DNA of 61,933 bases, counting the filler. It is 6 parts of 6 records of this genome, joined end to end, with 100 filler letters (N's around TTAATTAATTAA, not from the genome) between each part and the next. Parts side by side here need not be neighbours in the genome. Positions count along the whole stretch, not along the records: positions 28,185 to 53,183 come from SRR2962707_2575; 5 more parts are not named here. One strand, given 5' to 3'. The notes under the pieces were generated by a model. The model saw nothing but the letters and a program-made list of their open reading frames with translations. It did not search any database and was not told the origin of the DNA. The position numbers were made by a program, and so were the translations under genes. The stretch's first letter is position 1, and every line of letters begins with the position of its first letter. Of the stretch, positions 32,482 to 42,156 are shown piece after piece.

Positions 32482-32780
32482 CGCTTGTTTCAGTGTCGAT
32501 CAAGGAGCCTGAGACACGAGCGCCACCCTTTTAGAGCACGTTATGAAGTGCTGCTGAAAGCATGTTGTGGCATCTGCGTGCGGTCTGGCACCCTGATCCC
32601 GGCGATATTTGAAGGCCGAGCAGGTGAACCCTAATGCGAAATTTCGCAAAGGTGTATGCGGAAATTTCATGTGGGCGTTTGTGGGATATGAATAACGCCT
32701 GAGCCTTCGATACGGTCGCATGGAAAGTCGGTATTACAGCCACCAGATCAAAGGCTTATCGAGGCCTGAGCGTGGTCGTT

Positions 32781-34826
32781 TTATAAATCTTTGACCAACC
32801 GCAAAGCGTCATAAATCGCGGCATGTGTATTGCGCGCTGACACCGCATCGCCGATGCGAAACAACCAGAATGTTGCGTCGTTGTTCCAATCCATCGTTTG
32901 TGGATCACCTGCGATCAACGCCTCGTAATCAACCGCGCCTTCATTTTTCGAAAGAGGTTTGAGCGCGAAATACAAATCGTCCAGCGGCAAGGTGCCGTAG
33001 TTTACCACGACCTGATCATACTCTTGCTGCCGTGTGAAATCGCTGTAATCGGTGCCCACGGTGGCGATCAGTTTGTTGCCAGCGCGCACAACCCCCAGCA
33101 GCCGCCGCGTCACGGTAAAGGTGACATCCTTATCCTGCAAAGACCGCATATAAGGTACAAGGTTCATCGCCATAATCTCGGGGGCAAAGCTGCGGTCGGG
33201 GGTCATTACCTCGACTTTGGAACCCGCACTCGCGGCAACTTCGGCGGCCTGAAGCCCCGGATGATCGCCGCTTTCGTCATAGATTAAAACGTTTTCCGCA
33301 GGTTTCACATCGCCCGAGATGATATCCCACGACGTCACCACATTTTTGGCCTCGACCCCGGTTTCAAACAGCTCGGTATTGGGCAGGCCACCAGTGGCGA
33401 TGATCACGACATCGGGGCTATGCTGTGCAACTATGTCTTCATCGGCCCAAGTGTTAAAGTGGAACACCACATCGCGGGCGGCACATTGCGCCATGCGCCA
33501 GTCGATGATCGACATCATTTCGCGGCGGCGGGCACTTTGCGCGGTCAGCCTGATCTGGCCGCCGGGGTCGGGCTGGGCTTCGATCACGGTGACGTGGTGA
33601 CCACGTTCGGCGGCCACACGTGAGGCTTCCAACCCGGCGGGGCCAGCACCGACAATAACGATTTTGCGTTTGATCTGAGCAGGTTGAATGCTGTGCGGCA
33701 TTGTCAATTCACGCCCCGTGGCGGGGTTGTGAATGCACAGCGCCTCGCCGCCTTGATAGATGCGGTCCAGACAATAGGTGGCCCCGACGCAGGGGCGGAT
33801 GTCGTCCTCTCGGCCCTCGACGATCTTTTGCACGATATGCGGATCGGCCATATGGGCGCGGGTCATCCCCACCATATCAAGCAGTCCGGCGGCCACCGCG
33901 TGACGCGCCGTTGCCACGTCTTGGATGCGGGCGGCATGAAAGGTCGGCATGCCCGTCGCCTGTTTCACCGCGCCTGCGAAATCCAGATGCGGCGCGCTTT
34001 GCATCCCTTGGACAGGGATAACATCGGTCATGGCGGGATCGGTATGAATGCGCCCTTTGATCACGTTCAGGAAATCCAACTGGCCGGATGCCGCAAGTTT
34101 CTTGGATATCTCAAGCCCCTCTTCGGGGGTGATGCCGCCTTTTTGTGCCTCGTCCGCTGTGTATCTAAAGCCCACGATGAAATCGCTGCCAACCCGTTTG
34201 CGCACGGCAGCCAGCACATCCATCGGAAACCGCATCCGGTTTTCCAACGTATCGGCACCGTAGGGCCCCACCAGATCATTGGTCAGTGGCGACCAGAATT
34301 GATCCAGCAGATGGCCGTAAACCTGCAATTCAATCCCGTCCATACCGCCGTCTTTCATCCGCTCGGCGGCGTCTGCAAAGTCGTTGATGATCCGGTCGAT
34401 ATCCCAATCCTCGATCAGTTTGGGAAAGGCGCGGTGCGCCGGTTCGCGGTGTTTCGAAGATGAGACCGACGGCAGCCAGTCACCCTTGTTCCATGTGGTG
34501 CGCCGGCCCAGATGCGTCAGCTGGATCATCACCGCGCAGCCATGTTCGTGGCAGGCGTCGGTCAGGTTTGTGATCCACGGCACGACCTCGTCTTTATAGG
34601 CCAGCACATTGTTGAAAACCGGCGGGCTGTCCTTGGACACCGATGCTGATCCTGCAGTCATTGCCAGCGCCACACCGGCCTTTGCACGTTCCTCGTGATA
34701 GGCGCGATAGCGGTCTTTGGGCATCCCATCTTCCGGGTATGCGGGTTCGTGACTGGTGGTCATAATCCGGTTTCGCAAAGTCAGATGCTTAAGCTGAAAC
34801 GGCTGCAGCAGCGGATCGGTAGACAT
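32781..34826 (-). CDS. NADH:flavin oxidoreductase, N-methylproline demethylase (StcD/HpbA)-like
   Basis: DPLLQPFQLKHLTLRNRIMTTSHEPAY, OYE-type barrel, CVGATYC, GAGPAG, RNTHAAIYDALR. Confidence 0.85.
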   Translation of the reverse strand: MSTDPLLQPFQLKHLTLRNRIMTTSHEPAYPEDGMPKDRYRAYHEERAKAGVALAMTAGSASVSKDSPPVFNNVLAYKDEVVPWITNLTDACHEHGCAVMIQLTHLGRRTTWNKGDWLPSVSSSKHREPAHRAFPKLIEDWDIDRIINDFADAAERMKDGGMDGIELQVYGHLLDQFWSPLTNDLVGPYGADTLENRMRFPMDVLAAVRKRVGSDFIVGFRYTADEAQKGGITPEEGLEISKKLAASGQLDFLNVIKGRIHTDPAMTDVIPVQGMQSAPHLDFAGAVKQATGMPTFHAARIQDVATARHAVAAGLLDMVGMTRAHMADPHIVQKIVEGREDDIRPCVGATYCLDRIYQGGEALCIHNPATGRELTMPHSIQPAQIKRKIVIVGAGPAGLEASRVAAERGHHVTVIEAQPDPGGQIRLTAQSARRREMMSIIDWRMAQCAARDVVFHFNTWADEDIVAQHSPDVVIIATGGLPNTELFETGVEAKNVVTSWDIISGDVKPAENVLIYDESGDHPGLQAAEVAASAGSKVEVMTPDRSFAPEIMAMNLVPYMRSLQDKDVTFTVTRRLLGVVRAGNKLIATVGTDYSDFTRQQEYDQVVVNYGTLPLDDLYFALKPLSKNEGAVDYEALIAGDPQTMDWNNDATFWLFRIGDAVSARNTHAAIYDALRLVKDL

Positions 34827-34914
34827 GGCAAACCCCTTAGGCAAAGTCGTATGACGTCAGGGTGCAACTGTAGGCGTCTTCGATCAACTCTATTCGCGCC
34901 GCCCGATGGCCCGT

Positions 34915-35958
34915 TTACGCCTGACTAAGACGCCGCAAATGCGCGCGCGTTTGGTCTTGGCTCGGGGGGGTACTGGAGGCCAAAAGCGTCAAATGCCAGT
35001 AAAACTGGATTTCGGCGGGGTCTTTCATGAGGGCAGCATATGCATTCAGATGCCATACCACGGCGCGCTGATGGGCCGTGTGGACCTGCGGGATCATCTG
35101 CAGCTGCGCCACCTCGGCCCGCGTGCCGATAAGCATCGGGTCAATCATGCGGTCTTGGATCGTGTTGAAATTCCGCTCTGCCCAATAGTGCAGATCAAGG
35201 CGCTTGGTCGTTCGATTGGGCAGACCCCGCCCGCGTTTGACCATGAATTCAGACGCAGATCGTAAGGAATAATGGTTCAGACGCGCCCGCGCCGGGGCTT
35301 GCATCAAGCCGAACAGATTGATCCGGCTGTCGTCATTGGCAAAATCATCGCTGGCGGGATGCGCCGCACCAAGCGACCAGTGGGCGGGTTTGCTGCGCTT
35401 GTTCTTGGGGCGGTGCACGCCAAGTTTCTGGAATTTATCCGGCCGGAACAGGGTTTTAAAGAAATGACCTGCTGGCAGAAAAAACGGGTCGGGCGCGCAC
35501 ATGGTGAAACGTTCAGCCGTCAGTTGATCGTTGAAATCCGAATGCTCTGCCGCGCCAAAAAACCGCCAGGGCAGGGCAATGGCGTCGGTGTCATCACCGA
35601 CCGATGCGATTAGATCACCAAAGGTTTTCATCGGTGCCGCGAGGCACAGGAATTCATCGCAATCAAAAAAGATCACCCAATCCGCGGCCTTGATCAGCGG
35701 ATGCGCGTCGGCCAATCGCATGGCCTGCCATTGCACCGATTTGTTGCCCGATGGCTGAAACGGCACATGCGTGACCACGGGCACAAGGTCCAGCAAATCG
35801 GGGGTGCCATCGTCGCAATCATGGGTAAAGATCAGAAAATCCGTGACACCCGCCGCGCGGTGGTGGGCGATCCATTCCAGGCAATAGGGCCCTTCGTTTC
35901 GCATGCAGGTTACAGCCAGGATACGTGTCACGGGGGGCGTCACCTTGGATTGGGTCAT
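34915..35958 (-). CDS. Glycosyltransferase family 2 (Glyco_tranf_2_4/GT92-like)
   Basis: MRNEGPY.LEWIAHH, DCDDGT, FDCDEF, LNHYSLRS. Confidence 0.88.
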   Translation of the reverse strand: MTQSKVTPPVTRILAVTCMRNEGPYCLEWIAHHRAAGVTDFLIFTHDCDDGTPDLLDLVPVVTHVPFQPSGNKSVQWQAMRLADAHPLIKAADWVIFFDCDEFLCLAAPMKTFGDLIASVGDDTDAIALPWRFFGAAEHSDFNDQLTAERFTMCAPDPFFLPAGHFFKTLFRPDKFQKLGVHRPKNKRSKPAHWSLGAAHPASDDFANDDSRINLFGLMQAPARARLNHYSLRSASEFMVKRGRGLPNRTTKRLDLHYWAERNFNTIQDRMIDPMLIGTRAEVAQLQMIPQVHTAHQRAVVWHLNAYAALMKDPAEIQFYWHLTLLASSTPPSQDQTRAHLRRLSQA

Positions 35959-36126
35959 TTGCGTTGCTCAAATGACTCTCACGCGCGCCGCGTCAAGTCA
36001 ATCTTGGGCGGATATTCGGGGGAAACCCCAAGGATTCTTTACAAGTATAGCGGCACTAAGCTAATCTGCACCTCGAGCAGATGTATTCGACACAGCAAAA
36101 ATAGTGTCATCAGAGAGGCATGAATT

Positions 36127-36933
36127 ATGAACACCCGTCGCCCCGTCGCGTCGCTTTGGATCGGTGAAAAGCTTCACTATCTTAACCAGCTTTGCCTGAA
36201 GTCCCATGTCGTTGCCGGCCATAAGACGATCCTGTATTGCGCGGACAAGGTGGACAATGTCCCCGAAGGTGTCGAAGTGCGCCCGGCCTCTGAAATCATG
36301 GACATCGACCGCGCCTTGGTCGAGGCGACCAGCGCGTCATTTCTGTCGAATGTCTTTCGCTATAAAATGATCCAAAAGATCGGCGCGATCTGGATCGACT
36401 GTGACGCGTTTTGTCACCAGCCCTTTCCTGAGGACGAAGAGTATATCTTTGGCCGTCACGGCATGTCGGGCGCGTTGAATTGCGGCGTTGTGGGGCTGCC
36501 CCAAGAATGCGAGCTGATGGATCAGCTGCTGGATTACTATGACAACCTGCCGGATTATCCCGCATGGTGGAACAAGAACCAGCGCCGCAAATACGACCGC
36601 CAAGACCCCAAACTGTCCCACGCGCACCGGATCTATAATGCTGAACGCACGGCATTCGGCCCGCAAGCATTCACCTATTTTGCCAAGCAAACCGGCCAGT
36701 ATGAAAAGGCAAGCGAGCGCGAGGTGCTGTATCCTGTGCCGTTCCAGCTGAACGACATCTTCTACGACCCCTATGGCCGCGTCGAAGGGCATTTCACCGA
36801 TAAAACCCTGTCGGTGCACATGTATACCAATGGCACGAAACCATGGTGGGAAAAGCACGTGCCGCTGCCCGGATCATACGCCGCGCGGATGTGTGAAAAG
36901 ATCGGTATCGACCCGTCCAAGGCGCTGCGCTAA
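36127..36933 (+). CDS. DXD-type glycosyltransferase-like protein (GT32-like)
   Basis: SLWIG...LCLKS, SNVFRY, IWIDCD, FGP. Confidence 0.7.
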   Translation: MNTRRPVASLWIGEKLHYLNQLCLKSHVVAGHKTILYCADKVDNVPEGVEVRPASEIMDIDRALVEATSASFLSNVFRYKMIQKIGAIWIDCDAFCHQPFPEDEEYIFGRHGMSGALNCGVVGLPQECELMDQLLDYYDNLPDYPAWWNKNQRRKYDRQDPKLSHAHRIYNAERTAFGPQAFTYFAKQTGQYEKASEREVLYPVPFQLNDIFYDPYGRVEGHFTDKTLSVHMYTNGTKPWWEKHVPLPGSYAARMCEKIGIDPSKALR

Positions 36934-36957
36934 CCGCCAGATCAAAGGCCCAAAGCC

Positions 36958-38766
36958 ATCAATCTGAAACCGCATAAAAGCCCCCACGGCAAGCTTCTGG
37001 CCATCTCGATGATGAAGGACGAGGCGCCGTTTCTGTTGGAATGGTACGCCCATCATCTGGCCGTGGGGTTCACCAAGATCCTTGTTTACACGAACGATTG
37101 TTCTGACGGCACTGACGACATGTTGATCCGGCTCGAGGAATTGGGTCTGGGCTACCACCGCCGCAACGATATTCCCGAAGGTGTCAAACCGCAGCCGTCG
37201 GCGATGAAATACGCGCAGAATGAACCCAAAGTGGCCGAGGCCGATTGGATTTTGATGTTCGATGCGGACGAGTTTTTGTGCATCAACTATGGCGATGGCA
37301 CGTTGGACCCGATGCTGGATGCGGCAGGCGACGCCAACGGGATCGTTATAACATGGCGGATTTTCGGGTCGGGCAATGTGGTCGGGTGGTCGCGCGATCC
37401 GGTGTCTGAACAGTATCTTTATGCAGCCCCCCCGACGTGGAACAAGGGATGGGGCGTTAAAACGCTGTTCAAGTTCGACCCCGACAAGTGGAAGATCGGC
37501 ATCCACCGCCCGTCGATCAAGAACAAGCATCTTGAGACCGGGTTTCCCGACACGGTGAAATGGCTGAACGGGTCCGGTCTCCCGATGGAGGATTATTTCA
37601 AGTTTCGTGGCTGGCGGTCGATCCGCCGCACCGTCGGCTATCAATGGGCCCAGATGAACCACTATGCGGTGAAATCCATTGACAGCTATGCAATCCGCAA
37701 GCTGCGCGGGAACGTGAACAACAAGAAAGACAAATATAACGCGGATTACTGGTCGCTTCAGGATCGCAACGAGGTCTATGACGACAAGATCCTGCGCTAT
37801 ACCGAGCGGCGCAACCAGATCATGGATGAACTGCTGACCGATCCTGTGTTGGCGCGGCTGCATCGGGCAGCAATCGACGGGGTCGAGGCGCGGCTGGATG
37901 AGTACCGCAAAACTGATGCCTATGCTGAGCTTAAAACGTCGCTGATTGAGGCATCAAAGGTTCCGATCACCCAGATCGTTGCCAAGCCACCCAAGGCGCG
38001 CAACCCCGCCGAGATCGCGGCGCTGATGTCGCAGGTTGAAAAATCAAACGCCAGTCGCCCGGCCGAGGAACGTCGCAAGAAACCCGAGGCGGGTTTTGCC
38101 GATGTGGGCGAGGGCGGGGATGGCTTTGTGCCCGGCGAGATTGATGTAAGCGCCGAGACGGCTGTCGAATGGATCGATAATCACGAGATCGCCTTGCCTG
38201 CCGACGTGCGCATTTTCGCGCAAAATACGCTCGACCTTGTGATGCGCGGCAAATACCAGCGCCGTCCGGCGCGCAGGATCGGGCGGATGGCCGAGGACGG
38301 TCAAAAGCTGTTGGATTTGGGGGCAGGGGTCGGCTTTTTGTCGATTTTCGCCGCCAAACATATACCGCTGGCCACCGTCATCGCCCAAGAGGATAACGCC
38401 TCGCGGATGCGTATCATGCACGACATTCTGGCCTATAATGACTTGGCGCTGGGCGACCGGTTGCACATGACAACGGATCAGGTTGTGTTTCCCGATGATG
38501 CAAAGACGGTTGCGCGGATCAATCAGATGATCGCGGATGAAAAGCCCGACGTGCTACGCGCCAGCTATGAACAGATCGGGGCAAAGCTGCTTAGCGCGGT
38601 TACATTGGGCAGCGTCAAACGTGTTATTCTGATTGGCCCTGCGATTGGTACATTCGTGCGAGAGCATGACCAGATACACAATCCGGTCCTGACCCCCTCA
38701 GAAGAGCTGAGCACGCCCGAGTTTATCATTCTATTGCCAACGCCAACGACGCAGGATCAGTCGTAA
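36958..38766 (+). CDS. GT2 (Glyco_tranf_2_4) glycosyltransferase with a C-terminal SAM-methyltransferase-like domain; first ATG at 37009, true start probably upstream
   Basis: MKDEAPFLLEWYAHH, NDCSDGT, FDADEF, MNHYAVKS; C-terminal LLDLGAGVG. Confidence 0.85.
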   Translation: MNLKPHKSPHGKLLAISMMKDEAPFLLEWYAHHLAVGFTKILVYTNDCSDGTDDMLIRLEELGLGYHRRNDIPEGVKPQPSAMKYAQNEPKVAEADWILMFDADEFLCINYGDGTLDPMLDAAGDANGIVITWRIFGSGNVVGWSRDPVSEQYLYAAPPTWNKGWGVKTLFKFDPDKWKIGIHRPSIKNKHLETGFPDTVKWLNGSGLPMEDYFKFRGWRSIRRTVGYQWAQMNHYAVKSIDSYAIRKLRGNVNNKKDKYNADYWSLQDRNEVYDDKILRYTERRNQIMDELLTDPVLARLHRAAIDGVEARLDEYRKTDAYAELKTSLIEASKVPITQIVAKPPKARNPAEIAALMSQVEKSNASRPAEERRKKPEAGFADVGEGGDGFVPGEIDVSAETAVEWIDNHEIALPADVRIFAQNTLDLVMRGKYQRRPARRIGRMAEDGQKLLDLGAGVGFLSIFAAKHIPLATVIAQEDNASRMRIMHDILAYNDLALGDRLHMTTDQVVFPDDAKTVARINQMIADEKPDVLRASYEQIGAKLLSAVTLGSVKRVILIGPAIGTFVREHDQIHNPVLTPSEELSTPEFIILLPTPTTQDQS

Positions 38767-39764
38767 TATCCGATACGACGCGCCAGTTCTTGGCCATCTT
38801 CGGTCGCCAGTATTTCCGCAAGACGGGTTTGACGCAGCGCCAGCGATTGCGCGTGCAAATCCGCAAGGATCGGGTCGGCCATCAGAAAGTCATAGATATC
38901 CTGTGCGGCAGGCGACAGCCCGACATTGCTGGTGTCGGTCCCGCCAATACGGTTGGCGTGGTTCCAGTATTGCTCAGACGCGCCAAGACGGTCGGCTTGC
39001 ACCGCATCCCCGCGATCAACCTTGAGCAAAAATTCCGCCGCCGATTTGATGGAATAGTGGTTCACCTGACCAAAGGCGCGGGTGGGGACGGCGTTGATGC
39101 CCTTGTAATCGCTGTCGGTAAATGACGCGGGCATTTCCTCGCCTGATCCGTTTATCCATTTGAATCCGGTTGTCGAAAACGTCTTGGTGACGGGGCGGTG
39201 CGGGCGCCGTGGCCCTTTGATCGCGTTGCGGTACAGGGTTTTGACGGCGGTGGTGATCTCCTGGCCGCTTTGGGCCGCAGCCTCCAGATCGGCGGTGGTT
39301 TGGGTATAGCGGGTCGTCACCAGATCGGCGGTTTCGTGTTTGTGACCGTTGCTGTTAAAGGCGACGGACGTAAACGACACAGCATCCGCAGGCCCTGCAT
39401 CCTCAAAGAAACCATCCAGTGTTCCGGCGTCATTGCGAAGGTTCAGGAATTCGTCAGCATCGGTGACATACAGCCAGTCTGCCGCCTGATAACGCCCGAA
39501 ATGCCCCGCATAGCGTAGCGCCATAATGTGCCACGCACCGTGCTTTGGGAACATCACCTTTGGGTTGGGTTGATGCTTGACGCGGTGCGGCCAAAGCACC
39601 TCGATCCGGTCCAAAATCTTGTCGGTGTTGTCGGTGCAAAAATTGGTAAAAATCAGCAGATCATCGATACCAAGCGCAAAGTGATGGGCGATCCATTCCA
39701 GAATATACGGGCCCTCGTTGCGCATCACCGTCAGCATCAATGTCTTTTCGGTACCGATGGCCAT
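38757..39764 (-). CDS. Glycosyltransferase family 2 (Glyco_tranf_2_4)
   Basis: MRNEGPYILEWIAHH, TDADEF, VNHYSIKS. Confidence 0.88.
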   Translation of the reverse strand: MAIGTEKTLMLTVMRNEGPYILEWIAHHFALGIDDLLIFTNFCTDNTDKILDRIEVLWPHRVKHQPNPKVMFPKHGAWHIMALRYAGHFGRYQAADWLYVTDADEFLNLRNDAGTLDGFFEDAGPADAVSFTSVAFNSNGHKHETADLVTTRYTQTTADLEAAAQSGQEITTAVKTLYRNAIKGPRRPHRPVTKTFSTTGFKWINGSGEEMPASFTDSDYKGINAVPTRAFGQVNHYSIKSAAEFLLKVDRGDAVQADRLGASEQYWNHANRIGGTDTSNVGLSPAAQDIYDFLMADPILADLHAQSLALRQTRLAEILATEDGQELARRIGYYD

Positions 39765-39915
39765 GAGAAACCTGCCTGCTTGTTTGTTCTGTTCGCGGGC
39801 CGGGGCGGCCTGTCATAAGGGTTGCCTCAATCGCCTGTCGCAGCGTATAGTTTGATCAATAATAGGCAAGCAATACAACAGATAATCGCCTGCCTTCCTG
39901 AGAATTGAGCGACCC

Positions 39916-41202
39916 ATGATTACGTCGAAAGACTTTGTCGAAAGATCAATCGCACATCAACTTGGCGCAGATGTCGGGTATGATTTTTCGCTTGATCCGG
40001 CTGTTTTCGACTTTGTCGCGAATGCGTCCAGTGGCATGGCCCTATCATGGGATCATGGTAACCAGACGCCTCGGGGCTTGAACGATTGGCAGCCGTCCAC
40101 AGACAGCGCCAGCCCTTGGCAGGTGCACCATAAACGGCATTCCAAGACGAATAAGACCTCTGGTGCGTTGCAGGATATCCTGGCCGCTGGGGCTGATTTT
40201 GATTTCCTGCTGGACATGCAAGATCACCGCAGCCGGTCTGTGGTCACCGATGATGGCCATGCTGCGCCCTTGTTTAACTTTAACCGTTTGCATGAACGGC
40301 CAGCGGGTCATGTACTGTGGCCGCTCCCCCATTATCACGACATCGACAGCCCCGAATTTCTGGGCGCGCTTGATCCCGCGCGCGTGGAGTGGGCCGATAA
40401 ATCCGACCGTGTCGTTTGGCGGGGTGGTCCGGGAAACCGTGGCAGACTAGGCCCCAAAGCACGCGGCACAATGATCCGCATGCATCCGCTGTTGCGCAAA
40501 TATAAAAGCGGGGAATTCACCCGTGAAGAAACCCAGCATGTGCTGAAATCCATGCAGCGTTACAACTTTTTGCACCGCTACATCGACAACCCGCGCTTTG
40601 ATCTGGGCTATACCAATTCCGACGGGTTTGTCCTTGAGCAAGAGCCGTTCTTGGCTGATTTCGAGCGCCCGCGCATATCGCGTGAGGATTTCCAGACCTA
40701 TAAGTACATCGTGGTTTTGCCGGGCAATGATGTGGGTTCAAGTCTCTATTGGTCGTTGAATTCCGGCAGTGTCGCTTTGGTGGTGGATTGCCCGTTTGAA
40801 ACCTTTGCGACCCATCATTTCAAGCCGTGGGAACATTTCGTTCCCATTCGTAAAAATCACGGCAATGTTGAAAAACGGCTGGGCTGGTGTGACACCCACC
40901 AAGAGGAATGCCGCAATATGGCGCAGCGGTCGGCTGAGGTTTGCAAGTTTCTTGCAGACCCGGATTTGCGGACGCAGATTGCCGTTGGTGTCATTGATGG
41001 ATTGCGCAGCCGGTTGGGACTGAAAAAAGCCACCAAAGCGCCCAAACGCACAGCCACCAAAACAACATCCAAGACCGCTAGCAAACCAAAGGCCAAGCGG
41101 ACATCCAGCAGAGCGGCCCCCAAAAAAGCGATCGCAGCCCCGCGTAAAACATCAGCTAAACGTGCCAAAAAACCGGCAAAGGCGACGGCCGCGCATGGGT
41201 GA
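39916..41202 (+). CDS. GT90 (CAP10-like) glycosyltransferase with a Lys/Ala-rich tail
   Basis: WADKSDRVVWRG, YKYIVVLPGNDVGSSLYWSLNSGS, FKPWEHFVPI. Confidence 0.8.
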   Translation: MITSKDFVERSIAHQLGADVGYDFSLDPAVFDFVANASSGMALSWDHGNQTPRGLNDWQPSTDSASPWQVHHKRHSKTNKTSGALQDILAAGADFDFLLDMQDHRSRSVVTDDGHAAPLFNFNRLHERPAGHVLWPLPHYHDIDSPEFLGALDPARVEWADKSDRVVWRGGPGNRGRLGPKARGTMIRMHPLLRKYKSGEFTREETQHVLKSMQRYNFLHRYIDNPRFDLGYTNSDGFVLEQEPFLADFERPRISREDFQTYKYIVVLPGNDVGSSLYWSLNSGSVALVVDCPFETFATHHFKPWEHFVPIRKNHGNVEKRLGWCDTHQEECRNMAQRSAEVCKFLADPDLRTQIAVGVIDGLRSRLGLKKATKAPKRTATKTTSKTASKPKAKRTSSRAAPKKAIAAPRKTSAKRAKKPAKATAAHG

Positions 41203-41268
41203 TTTGCAAGGCCAACGGTTGGCCCAAACCGCCGCGATGCCACGGCCATCCGACAAAAGGCACCCTAC

Positions 41269-42156
41269 ATGAGCGTTCCAAACCTGTCGATTTTCTTTGT
41301 CGTTGATCCGCCAAAGTATCAGGATATGGGCTGCTATCTGGCGGCGTCCATCCGCACCCATTTCGACGAAGACCTTGATCTGATCGGGTACTGCCCTGCA
41401 GAAACAATCGCGGACATGGACCCGTATGCCTTGGCGATCTACAAAAAACTGAACGTTGATATTCGCCCGATTGACACGGCAGGGGTGTTTGATCCGCCTT
41501 ATCCGCATGGCAATAAAATGGTCGCGGCGATGCAGCCGCGGCGCACGCCCTATTCGGCGTTTATGGACAGCGATATGCTGTTTATCGGGGCCAACACGTC
41601 CGACAATATCATCAAAAGCGGCCATGTCTCGGTCGCACCGGCCACGTCGATGATGTGGTCAGGTCAGGATATCTGGCCGCATATTTACAACGCCTGTGAC
41701 ATGCCCCTGCCTGAAGAGCGGATATGGCTGTCGCGCCAGCGCCGCAAAAAGCTGATGCCTTATTTCAACGCGGGTCTGATCGTTTTTCCCGAAGGTCCGG
41801 TAACCGACGAGGGCGAGACATTCGTAGAGGTCTGGATGCGGTTGGCACAGATCATTGATCAGGTCGATCTGATCAAAAAACGGCCCTATCTGGATCAGAT
41901 GAGCCTGCCTTTGGCGATCCGTGCTGCGGGGCTGGACTGGAACATCCTGCCGGAAGAACAGCATTATATCTTGGGCGGAAAGCTGCGCGGCAAACCTTTG
42001 CCGGATGATATGGACATCAAGATGATCCATTACCGTAATATGAAGGTTCTCAAGGAAGTTGGCATGCTGCGCAAAGCCAAAAGCATGCTGGAGCAACATG
42101 TGGGCGAACGCCGGTTCGACAAAATCGATCCCGAGAAACTTTTGGCGGATGGGTAA
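41269..42156 (+). CDS. GT-A fold glycosyltransferase-like protein
   Basis: YPHGNK, FMDSDM (DXD), YFNAG, LDQ, IHY. Confidence 0.65.
   Translation: MSVPNLSIFFVVDPPKYQDMGCYLAASIRTHFDEDLDLIGYCPAETIADMDPYALAIYKKLNVDIRPIDTAGVFDPPYPHGNKMVAAMQPRRTPYSAFMDSDMLFIGANTSDNIIKSGHVSVAPATSMMWSGQDIWPHIYNACDMPLPEERIWLSRQRRKKLMPYFNAGLIVFPEGPVTDEGETFVEVWMRLAQIIDQVDLIKKRPYLDQMSLPLAIRAAGLDWNILPEEQHYILGGKLRGKPLPDDMDIKMIHYRNMKVLKEVGMLRKAKSMLEQHVGERRFDKIDPEKLLADG

Noticed and set aside
36874..37863. Long antisense ORFs (also 46754-47662, 33684-34463, 56528-57394, 25453-26208)
   Set aside because: Shadows of GC-rich coding genes on the opposite strand, with no recognisable motifs
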